From NCBI GenBank assembly GCA_964016885.1, contig OZ024750.1:5022001-5086000 (forward strand): a stretch of 64,000 nucleotides of DNA, read 5' to 3'. The notes under the pieces were generated by a model that searched no databases, had not been told where the DNA came from, and saw nothing but the letters and a program-made list of their open reading frames with translations. Positions 1-15,204 of this stretch are shown piece after piece. Each line of letters opens with the position of its first letter. The first letter of the stretch is position 1. This DNA is from Eledone cirrhosa. Taxonomy: Eukaryota. A program made the position numbers and the translations under genes.

Positions 1-1199
1 ATATACATATATATGTATATACATATATATGTACCTATGTATGTACATATATATGTATGTATGTATGTATATATTTATGTCAGGTCACCAGTTGGTGTAC
101 TTGTAACATGTATCCCAGTACAACCTGTCTCATGGTCGGGTCGTTGGCGACTAAACTGGCAACCCCACCAAGGTTTCTTGGTGAGGAGGGTGACTTTGGA
201 CATCCTGCAGGACAAAAAACAAAACCTGTCAAAGGGAAAAGGAGCTCTTAAGAGTCAATGGCCATCCAAAATCACCGGGAGAGATGACCCCTTAGCCTTT
301 GTCAAGGCAGAATTCTAGGAGAAGGAAAACTCTGTTATAACACCTGCAACACTGATGGTATCCAATGATGTTGACTTGTTCTTCTTTTTGGTAAATATCA
401 TCTTGGTTAAGAGAGTGGGACTGGCTCTGTGCAGTGCCTTTGCTCACTATAAAAGCTTCACGGCACAGGCATTGCTTTATATCTGGAGACCTCTCTGCAC
501 TTGTCGTCACATGGTACCATGGGCCCAGCACTATGTGTCAATAATTGTCACAAGTGTAGTGTTTGTACCAGAGTTTTCAAGTCGCTGGCTGGACTAAAAA
601 GTCACACTCGTTCAGCACATCGGTAGGGGTTCTCCTACATGGATATAAAGTAGTGGCCATACTCGAAAACGAGTTGGCAGCCACCATGTATATATATATG
701 TGCGAGTGTTGTATATCTGCAAGCTGCCTGTGTTTGTATGTTTCTGTATGTGTGTGTTTCTCTGCGGTGTGTGTATATGTGTATGTAAGTGTGTATGTGT
801 GTGTATATGTGTATGTGTGTGTGTGCAGGTGTGTAACATGAACGACTAAGCAGTGACGTTCGTTGTTTTACCTATGACTACCTGTCTACTGCTTACCTGG
901 CAAAAAAGCAAACATTTTACCAACGTATTGATATCCCCCCCCCCCTTATACCTCTATCACCACCTCCTCCCCCCTACCACCAGCACCATTACCACGTCCA
1001 TCACCTCTTCCATCATCACCACCATCATCACTACCACCATCACCTTCACCATATATATATATATCACCACCATCACCACCTATATCACCAACACCACCTC
1101 CACCCCCCTCCTATTTCGGTGATAGACGTATGGCAACGCCAGACACCCACGTAACGTCGTCACCCACACGGCACGTCACGTCACCGTATATGTTCACGC

Positions 1200-1402
1200 A
1201 TTACACACACACACACACTTTTTCGTCAATACACACACACTCACTGAGGCTCACACACACACGTACACACAGACACACACTCACTGACGCTCACACACAC
1301 ACAAACACACACACAAACACACACACACACACACACAACCGCGTCAAGTTATATTTATAGATTAACGTGCACACACTCACACACCCACAGTTATATTTAT
1401 AT

Positions 1403-1438
<36 letters not shown>

Positions 1439-1505
1439 GCACACATTCTTATACAGACATACACACGCATCCACACATGCAAAAATATGGTAAACTTAAT
1501 GAGCC

Positions 1506-1562
<57 letters not shown>

Positions 1563-1665
1563 TGTGTATTTGCTTGTATCTACACACAGGGTTATATATA
1601 TATATATATATATACAATATGTATGGGGTATATATGTATACATAAACACATAGACATACATACTT

Positions 1666-1714
<49 letters not shown>

Positions 1715-2640
1715 CACACACATACATACGCACGCACACATATGTATATATACACACACACACATACATACGTACATCTAAATACATACATACATACATA
1801 CATACATAGATACATAGATTCAGACATACATACATACACACATACATACATACACACATACACACATACATACATACACATACATACATACATACACACA
1901 CACATACATACATACACACATACATACATACACACATACATACACACATACATACATACACACACATACATACACACATACATACATAAGATACCGCCAT
2001 CTTGTTTATCTGCTGCCTATCATTTATGGTAAAACCAATTCCTCTGCGAAACTAATTCTTAGAAAGCGTCTAAGTGGTTGTCATGGAAACCAGCATCACT
2101 GCTAATATGGCGAGAGCTTACAGGTACATACACACATACATACACATACATACACATACATACATACACGCACATACATACATACATACATACATACACA
2201 TAAACACATACCTACATACATACACATGCATACATACACATACATACATATACACAAACAGGTACATACATACATACACATACATACATATACATATACA
2301 TACACACATACATACACACATACATACACACACATATACATACACACACACATACACATATATACACATATACACATGTATGTATTCAAGTGTGTGCATA
2401 TGTATGTGCATGGTGTATCGTGTATGTGTGAATGATGTATGTATTATGTATATGTATGCGTGTGAATGCGTATGTATGTATGCATATATGTATGTGTGGA
2501 TGTGTATCTACATTTGTATGTATGTATATATATATATATGTCTGTATGTAATGTGTATGTATTATGGTGTATGTATGTGTATGTATGGATGTGTATGTAC
2601 ATATGAATGTATGTAAGTGTGTATATGTACGTATGTGTGT
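1200..2640. repeat. Compound (CA)n/(TG)n/(TA)n/(CATA)n microsatellite cluster
   Basis: Direct reading; source of spurious HT/YI/CV ORFs. Confidence 0.95.
1994..2090. promoter_or_regulatory. YY1-type motif (CCGCCATCTTG, 1994-2004) and RFX X-box-like palindrome (GTTGTCATGGAAAC, 2077-2090)
   Basis: Close matches to CAAGATGGCGG and GTTGCCATGGCAAC consensus in a short unique island between microsatellites. Confidence 0.35.
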
Positions 2641-3109
2641 ATTTATCAGGTGTCATGTTTGAGGTTTGCTCTACCGTACCGACAGCCCCACCACCACCAC
2701 CACCATCACCACTCACAATGATACAGCCCCCCCCCCCCCATACACACCACACACCCACACACACACACCACACCCCAACTTAATATAGTCAACATTACAA
2801 TACTGCACATCATCTCACTATGAAAGGACCCAGATCTGCTGTCTGTATACCCTCCACCCCCGGGCTATCCTAACATGTGGGGGTGGGGGAGGATATGTTC
2901 AGGTATTGTCTTTTTATAGAGGGAAGGATGTGGTTGATATTGTTGTAGGTTCTTTTTTTTTTTTTGTTGGGGGTGGGGGGATCGTGGTGGCCCTTAACTC
3001 CTGATTAAGTTGTAGGGGTCACAGTTAGGATACACTTAAACCTGGAGGTATCCCTTTGTCCTCCAGGTCTGAACACTGAGTGAGAGAGAGCGATATATAT
3101 ATAAGGACA

Positions 3110-3195
3110 GACAGTGGTCTGTTGGAGACGCAGGACATGGCAGCGATAATGAGGGACAGAGACCGCTGGAGAGAACTGGTCCATGGATCTCGGGA
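3110..3195 (+). mobile_element. RTE-type LINE ORF2 C-terminal remnant
   Basis: Translates SGLLETQDMAAIMRDRDRWRELVHGSR, with the DRxxWRxxV motif typical of RTE ends. Confidence 0.55.
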
Positions 3196-3209
3196 ATTTT
3201 ACCCGCCCT

Positions 3210-3240
<31 letters not shown>

Positions 3241-3595
3241 CTAGCAGATTTACCCGGCGTTTCCTGGGGTTTGAAATTATGCTAAGAATATACAACTAGG
3301 AAGTAAAAGAAAATTATTTGTCCCCAACCTGTCAAAATAAGCAGAAGTCTTCAATAATTAATGCAAACGAATATTTAGTGCAATCTTTGTACACATAAAA
3401 CTATGCTGATAATGAAGGAAAACACTGAACAGGACAATTTAGAAAAAATAATTTTGCTATCGATTTTTTTATTGCTCAACGTAGGTCGATTTGAAAAATG
3501 TTTGTGATGTGATCATCTTAGCAACAGGTGCAACGTGCACAGAAAATTTGGTCAAATTCAGTTGGGAATTGTAAAAGCCTTAGCTGTCCAAAGTT

Positions 3596-3682
<87 letters not shown>

Positions 3683-3717
3683 CACTCACACATCCTCGCT
3701 TTTATATATATAGAAGA
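3241..3717 (-). mobile_element. Non-autonomous Helitron carrying an internal (GT)n
   Basis: Minus strand starts A|TCTTCTATATATATAAAAG and ends with the hairpin CCCAGGAAACGCCGGG then CTAG|T, the canonical TC...CTAG at an A/T junction. Confidence 0.78.
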
Positions 3718-4305
3718 TATATATAGGAAAAAAGTCAGGACCCCGACGGCCGGAGCTCAGCCGTCGGGGTCCTGACTCTTTTCCTGTTACCCACTCTACT
3801 ACCCTAAGTATCGAGTACTCTGGTTCCTTACCACACTTCCTTCATTATGTTGTATATATATATATATATATATATACATAATATAACGAAAGACGTAACG
3901 AACCGGGTGGATCATGAGAGAGAGAGATAGGGGAAAAATCGATCGCAGTATTGAATTTGTATTTTATTTATTGATCACGATAGGAGCTTTTTTTTTCTTG
4001 TGTGTGTAGTCCAAGAATAAACAAGACAAACACAGAGATGCACAAACACAAAGTCTTGGGAAGAAGTAAATTTGGGTTTCAGCGTATCGGATATAAGTCC
4101 TTCTTCGGGAAATAGCAAGTTCGGAGAGAGATGGGTGAGAGACTGAGAGGGAGAGAGGTGGAGTTTTATGAGCTTTTCATATTTTTACCACAACTGTGTA
4201 TTGAATACTCCAATGTTTACGTAAGTAAACCACATTCCATATTCAATGTGTGTGTATATATATATATATATGAATATAATACAGACACACGCACACATAT
4301 ATATA

Positions 4306-4340
<35 letters not shown>

Positions 4341-5026
4341 GTTATATAATACAGACAGACACATATATGTGTGTGTGTGTATTATATATATAGGTGTGTA
4401 TATATACATGTGTGTATATGTGTGTGTGTGTTACATAACACATTGGTGTTTCCGCATTATAACATCTACGATATAGACCCAGTGTCTGCATGAGATGGAA
4501 ACGATGTTATTGGTATTCAGGGCGAGACTATTATCAAAACATGATGACGTCTATTATACTAACTGAATAGTAATTAATAGCATCTCTAATAGTATTAGTA
4601 GTAGTAGTAGTTGTGGTAGTAGTAGTAGTAGTAGTAGTGGCAGTAGTAGTAGTAGCAGTAGTAGTATTAGTACTGGTAGGTGCCCTCAGGTACTGATGGG
4701 TAACCCCACCCCAGCTAATGATCCCCCCCCCCTCCTCTCCAGGTACTGGTGGGTCCCCCCAGATATTGGTAGGTCCCCCCAGGTACTGATGTGTACCCCC
4801 AGTTAGTGGTGGGGCCTCCAACAACAACAACAACACCACCACCACCTCCACCACTTCCACCAACACAACCTCAACGACCACCACCACCATCTTCTCTAGA
4901 CTATTATAACCAACAACAATAACAACAGCAGTAAAAGAAGGTTTAATATCAGTAAAATTAGTCGGAATGTAATGGTGTTGGTTTACTGTAATCTAGAAAG
5001 GGAAGATATTAATATCGGAGTCTAGC

Positions 5027-5270
5027 TATACTATTATATACTATTATATTGTAATAGTATATTGTTATATAGTATTATATTATATTATGTTATATTATAT
5101 TATGCTGTTATATTATGTTATATTATATTATATTATATTATGTTATATTATATTATGCTGTTATATTATGTTATATTATATTATATTATGTTATATTATA
5201 TTATGCTGTTATATTATGTTATATTATATTATGTTATATTATATTATGTTATATTATGTTATATTATATT
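5027..5270. repeat. (TTATA/TTATG)n pentanucleotide array
   Basis: Direct reading. Confidence 0.92.
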
Positions 5271-5355
5271 AACTGGCGGTAGACAACCAGTAGAGCATAG
5301 CAACTTGTTTAGGAAGAAAACAGTGTATGTTGAGATGGTGGTGGCACATAGACAG

Positions 5356-5525
<170 letters not shown>

Positions 5526-5660
5526 CCTTTCTCTCCCTTTCTGTGCACTGCCTTTGTTTGTCTCTATCTCTCTCTCTCTCCACTCACACAGGGAAGGAGA
5601 GAGCGAGAGAGAAAAAAAGATAGATATATAGATGATAGAGAGGAAGGGAGAAATTAAGTG

Positions 5661-5692
<32 letters not shown>

Positions 5693-6149
5693 TGAGTGTG
5701 TGTGTGTGTGTGTCTTCTGTTTTTCTCTTTAATAACTGATATATGATTTTATAATTTTATTATCCAGCAATAAAGTTTATTTATTCCACCAATGTTTAGT
5801 CTGTCCCGAATCACCATGTCCCAATTGTCTTGTTCACGCACCATTTTGTAAAATTCCCGAGCAGTATTAAAACTAGTTTGTTCTACACTGCGACACCACT
5901 CCAGTATTGGGGTCGGTTCTTCTTTTTCTCTTGACATAAATTGCTTAGTAGCTGCTATTATTCACATGTGGCACATTTTCCGTCACTTTTGCTTTGAGTC
6001 TTAATCATAAACTTCATTTAGAATTTTATCATTTAGATTAAATTCTTTTGCGGGCTGATCTAGAATTTAAAGTCGAACACTTTGATATGTTTTAAGATAA
6101 GTGTAGAGCCAGATAGATAATTAGGGCATGTGGGGAAAAGATTGCTGCT

Positions 6150-7453
6150 CTATATTGTAGATAGTTGACACCCTATATTGTAGATAGTATGGTAGTAATA
6201 TTGAAAATAGTTGATACTCTATATTGTAGATAGTATGGTAGTAGTATTGGAAATAGTTGATACTCTATATTGTAGATAGTATGGTAGTAGTATTGGAAAT
6301 AGTTGATACTCTATATTGTAGATAGTATGGTAGTAGTATTGGAAATAGTTGATACTCTATATTGTAGATAGTATGGTAGTAATATTGAAAATAGTTGATA
6401 CTCTATATTGTAGATAGTATGGTAGTAGTATTGGAAATAGTTGATACTCTATATTGTAGATAGTATGGTAGTAATATTGGAAATAGTTGATACTCTATAT
6501 TGTAGATGGTATGGTAGTAGTATTGGAAATAGTTGACACTCTATATTGTAGATAGTATGGTAGTAGTATTGGAAATAGTTGATACTCTATATTGTAGATA
6601 GTATGGTAGTAATATTGGAAATAGTTGACACTCTATATTGTAGATGGTATGGTAGTAGTATTGGAAATAGTTGACACTCTATATTGTAGATAGTATGGTA
6701 GTAGTATTGGAAATAGTTGACACTCTATATTGTAGATAGTATGGTAGTAGTACTGAAAATAGTTGACACTCTATATTGTAGATAGTATGGTAGTAGTATT
6801 GGAAATAGTTGACACTCTATATTGTAGATAGTATGGTAGTAGTATTGGAAATAGTTGATACTCTATATTGTAGATAGTATGGTAGTAATATTGGAAATAG
6901 TTGACACTCTATATTGTAGATGGTATGGTAGTAGTATTGGAAATAGTTGACACTCTATATTGTAGATAGTATGGTAGTAGTATTGGAAATAGTTGACACT
7001 CTATATTGTAGATAGTATGGTAGTAGTACTGAAAATAGTTGACACTCTATATTGTAGATAGTATGGTAGTAGTATTGGAAATAGTTGACACTCTATATTG
7101 TAGATGGTATGGTAGTAGTATTGGAAATAGTTGACACTCTATATTGTAGATAGTATGGTAGTAGTATTGGAAATAGTTGATACTCTATATTGTAGATAGT
7201 ATGGTAGTAGTACTGAAAATAGTTGACACTATATTGTAGATAGTATGGTAGTAGTACTGAAAATAGTTGATACTCTATATTGTAGATAGTATGGTAGTAG
7301 TACTGAAAATAGTTGACACTCTATATTGTAGATAGTATGGTAGTAGTACTGAAAATAGTTGACACTCTATATTGTAGATAGTATGGTAGTAATATTGAAA
7401 ATAGTTGACACTATATTGTAGATAGTATGGTAGTAGTATTGGAAATAGTTGAC
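6150..7453. repeat. 46-bp minisatellite, ~28 copies (CTCTATATTGTAGATAGTATGGTAGTAGTATTGGAAATAGTTGAYA)
   Basis: Period read directly (e.g. 6301 vs 6347). Confidence 0.97.
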
Positions 7454-7522
7454 TTGTATCTTTTACGTGGTATAGTAGTTCACACTCGTTACATTTATAC
7501 TGCGTTTTGATCGGTTTGAACT

Positions 7523-7860
7523 CAGATCACCCTCAGATGTCTTATTCCTGGATGTGTCTATAGTACCAGAGATTTAAGCTATGATCACCCTCAGATGTTT
7601 TATTCCTGGGTTATCTATAGTACCAGAGATTTGAGCTATGATCACCCTCAGATGTCTTATTCCTGGATGTGTCTATAGTACCAGAGATTTGAGCTATGAT
7701 CACCCTCAGATGTCTTATTCCTGGATGTGTCTATAGTACCAGAGCTTTGAGCTATGGTCAACCTTAAATGTCTTATTCCTGGATTATCTATGGTACCACA
7801 GATTTGAGCTATGGTCATCCCTAGATGTCTTATGATGATCACCAGATATCTTATGGTACC
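7523..7860. repeat. 57-58-bp minisatellite, ~5-6 copies
   Basis: atgatcaccctcagatgtcttattcctgg... at 7581, 7638, 7696. Confidence 0.93.
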
Positions 7861-8244
7861 AGGCTGGATTCGAAGTGGTAGATAAGACCATTATTGTCCC
7901 TCATTTAAAAATGAAGGTTCAAGGTTCGAATCCCTCAGGTATTAAGTACATATCTAGGAATTTGACACGTGGTGGTGTAATTTACAGCACACACCTATAC
8001 AGATGTAGGTAGCTTCCTACAAAGTTGTATCTCATAGGTAGTTTCTTGGGTGTTTTAATGATAGGGGTCGCACAGAGTAAATAAAACAAAATCAAAATGA
8101 AAAGGGAGACACGGAGAGGCAAGAATAGTTATTGAGAAGGTCACAGGATGTTTGATGAAAGAACTCTGACAATTAATAACTATCCGGTAATTAATCTAAC
8201 CGAGGAATGGATTAGTTACATTTTTTCCGAAGTGAAGTTCAACT

Positions 8245-8311
<67 letters not shown>

Positions 8312-9025
8312 ATATATATATATATATATAGAGGGGGGGTGAGAGAGAAAGAGAGAGAGGTGCAGATAGATAGATAGATAGATGTCTTTATTTGTCACAC
8401 GGGCGCACAAGAAAAGGGGACAATGCATACATACAATCGTGTAAAAAATGTTAACATACAAATTCAACAATCGAAATCCCCAATAGCGGGGGAGGCGTTA
8501 CAAATGGGTTGTTTTATACCCCGTAGGTAGAACAACACTCAACTCCAGGAGCGTGTTGTGCAAGTGCTTCTTTCTTCTTTTTGCTCTCTTCTTCAACCTA
8601 TAGATAAATAGATAGATAGATAAATTTCTTTATTAGCCACAAGAGCACAAAAGAAGGGGACAAATACAAATGAGGAGTTTACATACAGGTATATGAAAAT
8701 AAAACTATTAATAAAATAACAAATAACAATTGGTATCTCCAATAGGGGGAGGCGTTATACAGGGGTTGTACACACAGACAGACAGAGAGATACAATGTCC
8801 TCCCAAAATACACACACTGTAATTTCTTTTCCTGTTTTACAGAAACAGATTGTATAAATATTTAAAAAAATGAAAATATATTTATTCATCGTTGAACCAT
8901 CACCTATAAATACAACTATAAATAAATAAAACAACTTCACATTCAGACAGTCAGACGTTTATTTTACCAAACTTCGGCAAATAGACGTCTTTATATTTAT
9001 TGTATTGCCCACTTCCTGTATTAAT

Positions 9026-9247
9026 AACACACACAGATAAACACATACAGACACACACAAACACACATATAGACACATACACACACACACACACATATAG
9101 ACACATACAGACACACACACACACACACATATAGACACATACAGACACACACACACATATAGACACATACAGACACACACATATAGACACATACAGACAC
9201 ACACCCATATAGACACATACAGACACACACACATATAGACACATACA

Positions 9248-9285
<38 letters not shown>

Positions 9286-9537
9286 GACACATACACACAC
9301 ACACACACATATAGACACATACAGACACACACACACATACAGACACATACACACACACACACATATACATACATACACACAAACATATACATACACAGAC
9401 ACACACACGCACATACACACACAGATATACACATACAGACTCACACACATACACACAAACATCTACAGACACATACACACGTACACACACATACATAGAC
9501 ACACACACACATAAATATATGTGTGTGTGTGTGTGTG
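9026..9537. repeat. Compound CA-rich microsatellite/minisatellite (ATATAGACACATACAGACACAC..)
   Basis: Direct reading. Confidence 0.9.
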
Positions 9538-9719
9538 AGAGAGTCCCGGGTTCAATCGGGGGTAACCACAGTAAGTAAGGTACTCAATACATTAGCAGAG
9601 TGTATACAACAAATTTAATATAGAAATGGCTTCTACAGGATTAGAACTGTTTCATTTCCTGATGATTTCCTTCGAATAAAACAGTTCTAGTCCTGTAGAA
9701 GCCATTTCTATATTAAATT

Positions 9720-11117
<1,398 letters not shown>

Positions 11118-11512
11118 GTTTCTTTATTAGCCACAGGGGCACAAAAGAAGGGGACAAATACAAAGGGGGAAGTTTACATACAATAAAGACGTGTAAAATG
11201 TTATCACAAATGCAATTTAAAAAATTAGTCGATTTTCCCCAATGGAGGGAGACCGTTTATATGGGTAACATATATGTATATATATATAGATATATGTATG
11301 TATATATGTATATATATATAGATAGTTGGTCAGTTGTCCTCTTTGTCTCTGTCGATTTTTCGGACCCATGGATTTTTACATATTCCTTTGTTATATTCCA
11401 ATACCTGATGATATCACCGGATTCATATGGAACCCGGTCATTGAAATGATCATAGTATAATAAACCTTTCAAGGATTTACACCAGTCCAGCCTCCTGTTA
11501 TTTTATTTTATG

Positions 11513-11554
<42 letters not shown>

Positions 11555-12567
11555 GTCATGCCACCTCCTATCATCAAATATATGTGAAATTTTAGAAATT
11601 TAATAAATAAAATAATTAAATAAATCTAAAGTAAATTATAATCACAAAATATATATTAGGGCATCTCTTGAGTTAGTCTCCATTACTAATTTCTATTTAT
11701 TCATACATAATTACCTTTAATTATTTCGATATGAGCCCCCTAAAACTGCCTCTGGTGCTACGATGCTTATATTTATCTATAAAGTTTCCGTCATGATTAT
11801 TTTCTAAAATAATAGGCGGTGTTATTTATTAGAAATATGGCAACAAAAGGATCTAAATGTTTATATTTATCTGAAAGAAAAATTAAATAAACACAAAAAA
11901 CTTCCCCAATAAGTTTGTCTAAGAAAATCGTTATGTTGCAAGAAATGCCAACTTTATAAGAAAGTTAGTTACATTACCAAAAAATTTAACTACTATTTTC
12001 AAAATTATTTGAAAACCACAAGCAGTGTCTTTCATTAGAAATATGGTAACGAATGGAATAAAGTGTTTATATTTATCTAAAATCCTTCCATCATAATTTT
12101 ATTTAAGAACCTTTGTTAAAGTGTTTATATTAATATTTAAAAAAACTTCCCTCATAATGCATATAAATAACTTTTGTTAATTTGTTCTAAACATCAAATT
12201 AATAACGAGAAAGTTAGTTATATTACTAAATCCCTCCAAATTCTTCATTATTTTCAAAGGAATTCCCAAACCATAGTAGGTAGTGTATTGCTACGAAAGG
12301 GTACAAATAAGTGTGCATTCTTTGTTTAATACAAAATTAGTCACACGCACACACACAAATTAAAAATAATAATAATAAATAAATAAAAATATTTTGACGA
12401 ATTTATTTTATAAAATATTATTTTCGGATAAGAAGAAATAGTATTTATTTTTTAAATATAATTCATAGTTTATGAATTGTTTCAAAAATGTTAAAATTCT
12501 TCAGTAATTACGTTGAAATTTTTATTAATTCTTTCTTAATCTAAAAGATCACGATACAAATATGCAT

Positions 12568-12607
<40 letters not shown>

Positions 12608-12943
12608 TTTACATGTGTGTATACATTTGGATATATACATATGTATGTAAGTTTGTATGTATGTATGTATATATGTATGGTGGAGCGAAATTCTCAAACA
12701 GCTTTGTCCATATTCGGAAAAGTTCGGTAACTTCTAAGACTCAACCAAACAGCCGTCTACATTGGGTGTCAGCTAGATAGAATGTATTGAATGAAGAAGG
12801 AATACTATTCTATATCGCTAGATTTTACTACTACTACCACCATAACTACTGCTACTACTACTGCTACTACTACTACTACTACTACTACTACTATCACCAC
12901 CACCACCTCTGCTACTACATTCATCTCTCTCCATCAACTACTA

Positions 12944-13007
<64 letters not shown>

Positions 13008-13231
13008 TATACTCTGAGTAATTTTTCACTCTTCTCCGTTTATATCATTCCCAAAGGGTTCATTACAACTCAACCTTCCCCTTTCATTGAATTTTTGGTT
13101 AAATCTTTCTCCCTAAACGAAACCAACCACGTGGCTTCAGGCCCTGCAAGTGTCTCCTATAATACTATAGCTTCTGGGAGACCCATGCTTTCTCAATGGA
13201 ATTTGGTAGACAAAAATTGTAGAAACCCGTG

Positions 13232-13277
<46 letters not shown>

Positions 13278-13294
13278 GACACGGGTTTCTACAA

Positions 13295-13343
<49 letters not shown>

Positions 13344-13521
13344 AAAAGAGTCAGGACCCCGACAGCTGAGCTCTGGCCGTTTAGACAGCTAGATCCAAAC
13401 GTTCGGATCTAGCTGTCGAATTGCCAGAGCTCAGCCGTCGGGCTCTTGACTCTTTTCCTATTACCCACTCGAGTACTCTGGTGCGTTATGGTCCACCTGG
13501 TTTCTTACCCCTCTTTCTTTG

Positions 13522-13594
<73 letters not shown>

Positions 13595-13734
13595 AAGTGA
13601 CGTAACTTATCGGTTCGACAAAAGAGACTGATAAACAAGTAAAACACTCGAAAAAAACTTGAGTACTGGGATCGATATTCTCGACTTTCTCCTTGAACTA
13701 AGTTGCTATATTAGAAATCATTATTTGTGATATA

Positions 13735-14010
13735 AGGGTGGTGGCTTGGCAGTATCGGTAGAGGGTCGGACGCCATGATGGGGTGGTGTATTGGCAGTAT
13801 CGGTAGAGGGTCGGACGCCATGATGGGGTGGTGACTTGGCAGTATCGGTAGAGGGTCGGACGCCATGCTTTCCAGCATAGTTACGTCCCTTTGCGGTCTG
13901 AGTTCAAATCCCACCGAGGTTAACTTTGCCTTTCATCCTTACGGGGTCGATAAAATAAAGTACCAGTAATGCACTGGTTAATTGCTGGCCTTGTGCCAAA
14001 AGTAGAAATT
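13735..14010 (+). mobile_element. tRNA-derived SINE (family A) with triplicated head
   Basis: A-box TGGCAGTATCGG, B-box GAGTTCAAATCC, core GTTAACTTTGCCTTTCATCCTTACGGGGTCGATAAAATAAAGTACCAGT; attatttgtgat on both flanks. Confidence 0.88.
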
Positions 14011-14037
14011 ATTATTTGTGATTTGTTACAATATAAT

Positions 14038-14362
14038 GGTAGGTAAGCTGAGTGGTTAAGTGAGTTCACTTCATAACCATCAGGTTCTAGGTTCAATCTC
14101 CCTGTGCGACTTTTACTAAAGACTCGGAATTTCACCAATGCCTTGTGGGTGAAATTTGGGGGATGGGAAGTCCAGAAGCCTGTTGTGTGTATGTGTGTGT
14201 GTGTTTATGCTTCGTAAACTTAGCGCTTCGACAAAAAGGAGATCGATAAAATAGATAACAGACTTGAAAAAAAAGTACTGGTATCGATATGATCGACTAA
14301 ATGAAGGCGTTGCCCTAGTATGGCCGTAGTCTAATGACTAAAAGAAGTAAAAGAATAAAATA
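14038..14362 (+). mobile_element. tRNA-derived SINE (family B) with internal (GT)n
   Basis: gctgagtggttaag...ggttcaatc head; tail ccctagtatggccgtagtctaatgact..aagtaaaagaataaaa recurs at 50590-50765; related head at 41745-41890. Confidence 0.75.
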
Positions 14363-15152
14363 ACTTTTTTTTCAGTTATCTTCCTCTAAACTGACTCATT
14401 TTTTTTATTCAGTGAGCGAATCTTGATAAAAAAAAAAATCTAACTCCCTAAAAAGTAAAGATGAAAAAGAAAATCACCGAAAATGGTGAACTCTTAACAT
14501 CCCTCTTCTCTACCAGTCTACCATTTGTTGGTGCTGGGTTGTGTAGTAAAATGTTATGTCTTTACTTCTCACCTCCCTTGTCTCTAGTTAGATACCTTCA
14601 ATAGACACACACCACCCTCTACTATACTTCTACAGTTACCATTCCACTCAATGGTAATAAACGGGCGAGATATTCTATAGACTTCTTTCTTCATTTTATA
14701 ACTCTCATCCCACTTCCTCCCGCAAATAAAACAAAATGGATAAAAGCAGACGTTAATGTTCACACACACAGACAGACACATATACAGCAATACACAAACA
14801 GACACACAGCCATACACACATACATTACATGCATACATCATACATGGAGTTTGGTTGGAGTTATTTTTTAAAAAACATTTCGAAAGATTTCTATATCATC
14901 TTCTCAATACATGCAGGATATTTTAAACCTTTCACCATGTACTTATCCATATTTACCCGCCAATGCTTCGTCTTCTCTCTAGAAAATATGCTAACACACA
15001 AACACACACACACACACATATACACTTGTATCAAATAACAGCAACAGATCGTCTGAACCCTTCTTTACTCAGTATGGTGATAACCAACATGTATTCACAC
15101 AGACACAGACACACTCATATACACAGAGACGGGCACACATATACCCCCCCCC

Positions 15153-15204
<52 letters not shown>

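Noticed and set aside
13-318. 101-aa ORF or possible exon after the cag at 81-83
   Set aside because: Its N-terminus is microsatellite and the remainder has no recognisable domain.
13830-13915. tRNA gene candidates (also 14040-14105, 23400-23460, 41745-41800)
   Set aside because: A/B boxes are present but there is no cloverleaf, and they continue into SINE bodies.
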